Of a stretch of DNA of 64,000 bases, positions 59,762 to 64,000 are shown piece by piece. Origin of the DNA: Candidatus Nomurabacteria bacterium. GTDB taxonomy: Bacteria > Patescibacteriota > Minisyncoccia > Phycocordibacterales > UBA5272. The stretch spans positions 3,303 through 67,302 of the forward strand of contig JARIGQ010000004.1 of NCBI GenBank assembly GCA_029288775.1, given 5' to 3'. The notes beneath the pieces were generated by a model. That model made no database searches. It saw only the letters and a list, made by a program, of their open reading frames with translations, and was not told where the DNA came from. A program made the translations under genes and the position numbers. Within the stretch, counting starts at the first letter, position 1, and the number at the start of each line of letters is the position of its first letter.

Positions 59762-60238
59762 CTAGTGAACATCTTCATGTTCAGCGTGAAAGCGCTCAAG
59801 TTCTTCGCTTAGGGTTGCCATATCTTCTCCGGCCACCTTTTCTTCCATGGAAGGTAAGAGTTCTTCCTCCTCCTCTAATACATGATGAGTAAAGGTTTCA
59901 TTCAAAACTTTTACACGTGCATCAAATTGAGGGTCCTCGGGATGGGTAACGCTTAATTCCTCTAAGAGGCGCCTAGCAATTCCATGTTCTGCCTTTGCTT
60001 CTTCTACCATCTTGCGTGCTTCTTCTTCAAAGGCTCGAGAAGCTAAAGGATAGACGAGTCGCTCTTCCATTTCCATATGCAAACGAAGGAGGCGAATAAG
60101 TTTTCGTACGGTTTTATTTTTAGTCTCATAGCCCAGCTCATCTATCTCTTCATATTGTTTAAAGAGAGCTTCAGCTTTTCTATGATCATTGAGGATAAAT
60201 TCGATGGGGTCATTCATAGGGACGTAAGCATATTGCAT
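59762..60238 (-). CDS. Hemerythrin HHE cation-binding domain protein
   Basis: ILNDHRKAEALFKQYEE ... HHVLEEEEELLPSMEEK (H..EEE..LFP-like) motifs; the start is trimmed to an internal ATG. Confidence 0.6.
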   Translation of the reverse strand: MQYAYVPMNDPIEFILNDHRKAEALFKQYEEIDELGYETKNKTVRKLIRLLRLHMEMEERLVYPLASRAFEEEARKMVEEAKAEHGIARRLLEELSVTHPEDPQFDARVKVLNETFTHHVLEEEEELLPSMEEKVAGEDMATLSEELERFHAEHEDVH

Positions 60239-60379
60239 ACTAAGTGAAAGTATGGTGGTATGTCTACGTGACGGGGTATAGGTGCTTTGCCTTACCAAAG
60301 AAGAGATGTAATATTTCTCTCCCTGTAGCGTCACCCTCGTCAGAAACGACACTTTTATCTTAATCGCTACACAACGCAT

Positions 60380-61033
60380 ATGACGGAAAGATCAGTTCGA
60401 GCTATTATTATAGGAATTATTGTCCTTGTCCTTTTAGTTGGAGGGTTTTTGTATTATTCCAAGCATCAGCCAGCCGGTCTTATTACTAGCTTTACAGAGT
60501 GTGAAGCCGCCGGGTATCAAATTGTCACTACTGCTCCGCCTGAATGTGTCACTCCCGACGGAAAAGTATTTGTAGACACATCCGTTACAGAACCGTTTCC
60601 TACTTCCACAGAAGGAGCCGGAGGAGTTTCTTCTGTAGGTTCAGGGAAAACTGGCACAGGAAGTAGCACTGCCACTTCTTCTGCTACCACAACAATTACC
60701 GATCGTATTCGGGTATCGAGTGTGAGTGCAAATCAAGTGGTAAAAAGTCCCCTAATCGTCTCTGGTCAGGCACGCGGATCGTGGTATTTTGAAGCAGCAT
60801 TTCCTGTGGAGCTCTTGGACGGTATGGGAAAGCGTATTGCTCTTATCTCGGCTCATGCTGAAGGTGATTGGATGACAACCAATTTTGTTCCGTTTTCGGC
60901 AACACTTTCTTTTGCAAAGCCAGCCACCGCTACAGGGACACTTGTTCTACGCAATGACAACCCCAGTGGTTTGCCTCAGAACGCGCTTGAGCTCCGTATA
61001 CCTGTGCGCTTTGCGACCTCTACTTCCCAATAA
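60380..61033 (+). CDS. Membrane-anchored Gmad2 immunoglobulin-like domain protein
   Basis: N-terminal TM helix, a Ser/Thr/Gly linker, then a Gmad2-like pattern (VKSPLIVSGQARGSWYFEAAFPVELLDGMGKRIA ... NFVPFSATLSF). Confidence 0.55.
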   Translation: MTERSVRAIIIGIIVLVLLVGGFLYYSKHQPAGLITSFTECEAAGYQIVTTAPPECVTPDGKVFVDTSVTEPFPTSTEGAGGVSSVGSGKTGTGSSTATSSATTTITDRIRVSSVSANQVVKSPLIVSGQARGSWYFEAAFPVELLDGMGKRIALISAHAEGDWMTTNFVPFSATLSFAKPATATGTLVLRNDNPSGLPQNALELRIPVRFATSTSQ

Positions 61034-61093
61034 TGTATGTCACGAGATACCTTTTCTAACTGTTATTTTCTACTATAGCCCTGCATCGCCCTT

Positions 61094-61594
61094 ATGGATC
61101 ACCTTACTGGAAAACTTAAACAAGCATATGACGAATATTCCGACGCAATATTTCGCTATTGTTGCTTTAAGGTTTCCGATCGCGAAAAAGCGATTGACCT
61201 CACTCAGGATGTTTTCGTAAAAGTATGGCAATATCTTTTGGCAGGAAATGAGGTAGAGAATATGAAGGCGCTTCTTTATAAAGTGGCACGCAATCTCATC
61301 ATTGATGAATATCGCAAGAAAAAATTTGACTCTCTTGATACAATGTCCGAAGCAGGCTTTGAACCGACGGACAATGCTCAATTGGATACTATTTCTATAG
61401 TGGAAGCAGGACTTTTGGTGGAACGCATTAAGGAGCTTCCCGAAGCATATAGCGAAGTTGTTTTTATGCGGTATGTTGATGATCTTTCGGTAAAGGAAAT
61501 TGCAGAAGCTCTTGGTGAACAGGAAAACAACGTATCTGTCCGCATCCATCGCGGACTGCACAAGCTTAAAGTCAGCATTACCCAAACCTCATGA
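61094..61594 (+). CDS. ECF-family RNA polymerase sigma factor (sigma-70 regions 2 and 4)
   Basis: Region 2 (DLTQDVFVKVWQYL ... LYKVARNLIIDEYRKK) and region 4 (SVKEIAEALGEQENNVSVRIHRGLHKLK). Confidence 0.85.
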   Translation: MDHLTGKLKQAYDEYSDAIFRYCCFKVSDREKAIDLTQDVFVKVWQYLLAGNEVENMKALLYKVARNLIIDEYRKKKFDSLDTMSEAGFEPTDNAQLDTISIVEAGLLVERIKELPEAYSEVVFMRYVDDLSVKEIAEALGEQENNVSVRIHRGLHKLKVSITQTS

Positions 61595-61845
61595 ACGAAG
61601 AAGATAATTACACAATCAAGCGTCTCAGAAGTATGAAGATGACGGACGAAGAAAAAGCCGAAGTGTGGAACGGCGTGCTTCGTCGAGTGACGGATTATCC
61701 GCCAGGCGAATATCCCTTTGAAGGTAAGCCAAATACATGGGACGGCGTGCTTCGCCGCCGATCTGATTTTCCAGAAGGTGCATACCCTGAGCATTTAGCT
61801 AAGCGCAGCGTGCAAACCGACGACACCGAAGAAGCCCCATTGTAA
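61591..61845 (+). CDS. Small soluble protein with an internal tandem repeat; candidate atypical anti-sigma partner
   Basis: Start overlaps the sigma-factor stop (ATGA); two ~20-aa repeats, W[ND]GVLRR.[TS]D[YF]P.G.YP. The function is inferred from position only. Confidence 0.45.
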   Translation: MNEEDNYTIKRLRSMKMTDEEKAEVWNGVLRRVTDYPPGEYPFEGKPNTWDGVLRRRSDFPEGAYPEHLAKRSVQTDDTEEAPL

Positions 61846-61967
61846 GAAAGGCAACTATTTCGCGTCTCTATTGATAGGGTGGATGCACCCTTTATAAGCA
61901 TTCCGGGCCTGCTGTACACCTTACATGTATCAAAGGCCGGATACTGTGTCCCCTTATAAGTAACGTT

Positions 61968-62645
61968 ATGAAATACGCCACTCTACGTGCTAAAGCGACT
62001 CTGAGCGCACTTTTGCTACTTGGTATAGTCACAGCACACGCTTATGCGCTTGATACTGGCGTGTATCTTGACGCTTCTGCATCCGCAGCATCTGTTCAAG
62101 ATATCGACACTTCGCTCGATCTTAAGGCAGATACTATAACGCATGTGGAAGGAGCGTATCAATTAGAAGCACAAGAGAAGAGTAGTACAACGCAGCCAGA
62201 GACCACCACTTCATCTCCGCAAAGTACTCCTTGGGAAAAAGCATGGCTATATGGGGACGCCGATACCGCAACAAGTGCGTCACCATTTCTTTTCCTCAAG
62301 CATCTCTTTGCAGTGCTTACTTTTAATGTCGATTTTGGTACTGAGGAAGCTTCAAGTACTCAAGGGATACTTCAATCTCTTGTGGTACGTGATGTAGGTT
62401 CAGATAAAGCCACAATCGATTGGTCTCCGACAGTTTTAGAGGACGCAACGGTGTATTATGGCACCACGACTTCTCTAGCAATGGCGGAGGCAGCGGTTCA
62501 TGAGCCTTCTTGGAAATTCTGGAAGCGAAGCCAGATTACTCTTGAAGGACTGACTCCTAACACAACGTATCTTTTCAAAGTAGTAGGAAGCACGGGTACT
62601 GGCACTACAACCGCCGCATCCAGCTTTACTACTTTGCCTCATTAG
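61968..62645 (+). CDS. Secreted protein with a C-terminal fibronectin type III-like domain
   Basis: Signal peptide (LSALLLLGIVTAHAYA); FN3-like end (ATIDWSPTV...LEGLTPNTTYLFKVVG). Confidence 0.55.
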   Translation: MKYATLRAKATLSALLLLGIVTAHAYALDTGVYLDASASAASVQDIDTSLDLKADTITHVEGAYQLEAQEKSSTTQPETTTSSPQSTPWEKAWLYGDADTATSASPFLFLKHLFAVLTFNVDFGTEEASSTQGILQSLVVRDVGSDKATIDWSPTVLEDATVYYGTTTSLAMAEAAVHEPSWKFWKRSQITLEGLTPNTTYLFKVVGSTGTGTTTAASSFTTLPH

Positions 62646-62672
62646 GGCTTCTAATCTACTTACTTAATTACT

Positions 62673-63404
62673 ATGACAACAAACGTACTTACTATCGCGA
62701 ATGGCTATCTTCGCAAGAATCTCGGCCACATCGTCACGTTCATTACATCAGCATTCATTGTGCTTGCTGTGACGCTCGGCTTTACTCAACTAGCCTCTGC
62801 ACAAATGGTTCCTATTGTTGGGCAAGCGGGACCGGGTGCATCTGGAGCAAATGTTACTTCTATTCAAAGCTATCTTGCCACTACTCAGTTCTATCCTGAG
62901 AAGTTGGTGACCGGCTATTATGGTCCTCTTACGCAAGCAGCCGTAGAGCGTTTCCAGGCTTACTACGGTATTGTAAGCTCAGGATCACCTTCAGCCACAG
63001 GCTATGGGCGAGTGGGTCCTTCTACGCTTGCTAAGATGAATATTCTTATTTCCGGTGGAGTTTCTTCCGGGGCCGATACATCAGCTCCTTATATTAGTGG
63101 AGTAGTGGTTTCCCCGGGTTCAACAAGTGCAACCGTATCATGGAATACGAATGAACTTGCAACCGGTCGTGTGTATTACAACACAACACCGCTTACTTTC
63201 AACGAAGGGGACATTAATTCGGTCGGCTTCTCGGTAACCAATGGTCAGAGCGCAAGCTTCGATACGACAACTCGTCTCGTCCATGGGGCGACAGTTACCG
63301 GTCTTAGTCCCAATACAACGTACTACTACCTTATCGTGGCAACCGATCCTTCAGGAAACGTAAGTATTTCTCTTCCAGGAGCTACGTTCCGCACAGGAAT
63401 GTAA
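62673..63404 (+). CDS. Membrane-anchored peptidoglycan-binding (PG_binding_1-like) protein with a C-terminal FN3-like domain
   Basis: TM helix; YYGPLTQAAVERFQAYYGI...GRVGPSTLAKM (PG-binding repeat); then ATVSWNTNELATGRVYY...TGLSPNTTYYYLIVATD. Confidence 0.6.
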   Translation: MTTNVLTIANGYLRKNLGHIVTFITSAFIVLAVTLGFTQLASAQMVPIVGQAGPGASGANVTSIQSYLATTQFYPEKLVTGYYGPLTQAAVERFQAYYGIVSSGSPSATGYGRVGPSTLAKMNILISGGVSSGADTSAPYISGVVVSPGSTSATVSWNTNELATGRVYYNTTPLTFNEGDINSVGFSVTNGQSASFDTTTRLVHGATVTGLSPNTTYYYLIVATDPSGNVSISLPGATFRTGM

Positions 63405-63433
63405 TCCACCGCTGGGTAACATATACAGAAAGC

Positions 63434-63468
63434 GAACTACCGGAATAGTGTTCCGGTAGTTCCATATT
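63434..63468 (+). terminator. Intrinsic terminator hairpin after the PG-binding/FN3 gene
   Basis: GAACTACCGGAA-TAGTG-TTCCGGTAGTTC, a perfect 12-bp stem. Confidence 0.55.
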
Positions 63469-63527
63469 TGAGGGTACCCTCACCACCGTTCCGGTGGTAT
63501 ACTATCCGTATAATTGAAATATAAAAT

Positions 63528-63893
63528 ATGCATATCATCATCACCGGTGTTCATATGGAAATGACGGACGCGATTAGAAAGTATGCAATGGATAAAATGC
63601 AGATGCTCCAGAAGTATGTCGCCAAGGACGACACGAGCGGAAAATTGACCGTTGAGCTTTCAAAAACCACTAATCACCATGCCCATGGAGCAGTTTTCCA
63701 AGCAGAAGGAATACTTCATATTCGTGGGAAGGAAACGACAGTGCAAACAACCCAAGATGATCTCTATAAAGCAATTGATATTCTGAAAGATATGCTCGTT
63801 CGCGAGTTGGCACAACATAAGGATAAGGAGCGCTCCATTTTCCGAAGAAGTGCCCACAAAGTAAAATCCCTTTTTAAAAGATTAACTGATTGA
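63528..63893 (+). CDS. hpf: Ribosome hibernation promoting factor (HPF/RaiA family)
   Basis: MHIIITGVHMEMTDAIRKYAMDKMQMLQKY ... LTVELSK ... AEGILHIRG ... LYKAIDILKDMLVRELAQHKDK matches the HPF fold signature. TATAAT lies about 20 bp upstream. Confidence 0.8.
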   Translation: MHIIITGVHMEMTDAIRKYAMDKMQMLQKYVAKDDTSGKLTVELSKTTNHHAHGAVFQAEGILHIRGKETTVQTTQDDLYKAIDILKDMLVRELAQHKDKERSIFRRSAHKVKSLFKRLTD

Positions 63894-63897
63894 ACCC

Positions 63898-64000
63898 ATG
63901 GATCACGACACAAAAACAACGTTTACCGTTATAATTATTCTCATCGTCGCTTTAGCGGGAACTGCTTTTTTCTTACGAGGAGCTCCTCCGCAAAAGCAAG
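63898..64000 (+). CDS. 5' end of a hypothetical membrane protein (runs off the window)
   Basis: ATG at 63898, then a hydrophobic segment (VIIILIVALAGTAFFL). Confidence 0.3.
   Translation, partial: MDHDTKTTFTVIIILIVALAGTAFFLRGAPPQKQ

Overview
This 64-kb window reads as a reduced, roughly 45 % GC bacterial genome, and the gene content suggests a CPR/Patescibacteria-like organism. That affiliation is inference only. Supporting signs are a UvrC lacking its C-terminal HhH domain, a MutY-like glycosylase without Fe-S cysteines, class I RNR as the only nucleotide metabolism, RNase J, a 'four-helix-bundle' protein, and weak or absent Shine-Dalgarno sites upstream of many genes.

The window is dominated by one 23.5-kb ORF (19096-42591, 7,831 codons). 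It encodes a signal-peptide-bearing, extremely repetitive protein with about 60 copies of a 'GNVGIGTTTPGSKLSVQG-DGYFGGNLTATGTL' module. It also has an Asn/Thr-rich 11-residue-repeat stalk region and a globular C-terminal domain resembling tail-fibre C-terminal domains. A secreted triple LamG (concanavalin-like lectin) protein follows it.

Downstream, at 42.6-49.1 kb, six copies of a previously unnoticed intergenic element family sit between almost every gene of an RNA-processing neighbourhood. Each is an array of 9-bp-phased CAGTA motifs, with the inverse TACTG array on the other arm. The neighbourhood is rpmF, a NusB-Nudix fusion, rnc, a four-helix-bundle gene, tlyA and a convergent RRM protein. 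Two half-elements that are complementary over about 25 nt bracket the four-helix-bundle gene directly 3' of rnc, which suggests RNase III-processed, IVS-like hairpins.

Other content:
- uvrC (truncated), nrdA-nrdB (Chlamydia-like class I RNR) and a Ddl-like ATP-grasp gene.
- An AT-rich orphan island at 6.6-7.5 kb.
- YegP, cupin, mutY-like, a pseudouridine synthase, an MFS transporter, rnj, a family-5 substrate-binding protein, secG, dnaE and rnhB.
- An ABC-F ATPase, an NrnA-like DHH phosphoesterase, a KGG stress protein, a DUF378 protein and tRNA-Asn(GTT).
- A five-domain operon for phosphorolytic mannoside catabolism: an MPI-type cupin, a membrane-anchored GH130, a tandem GH130 and a eukaryotic-type PMM.
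- GlsB, a hemerythrin-like protein, Gmad2, and an ECF sigma factor with an overlapping small repeat protein and two FN3 envelope proteins.
- hpf.

Several strong intrinsic terminators are visible.
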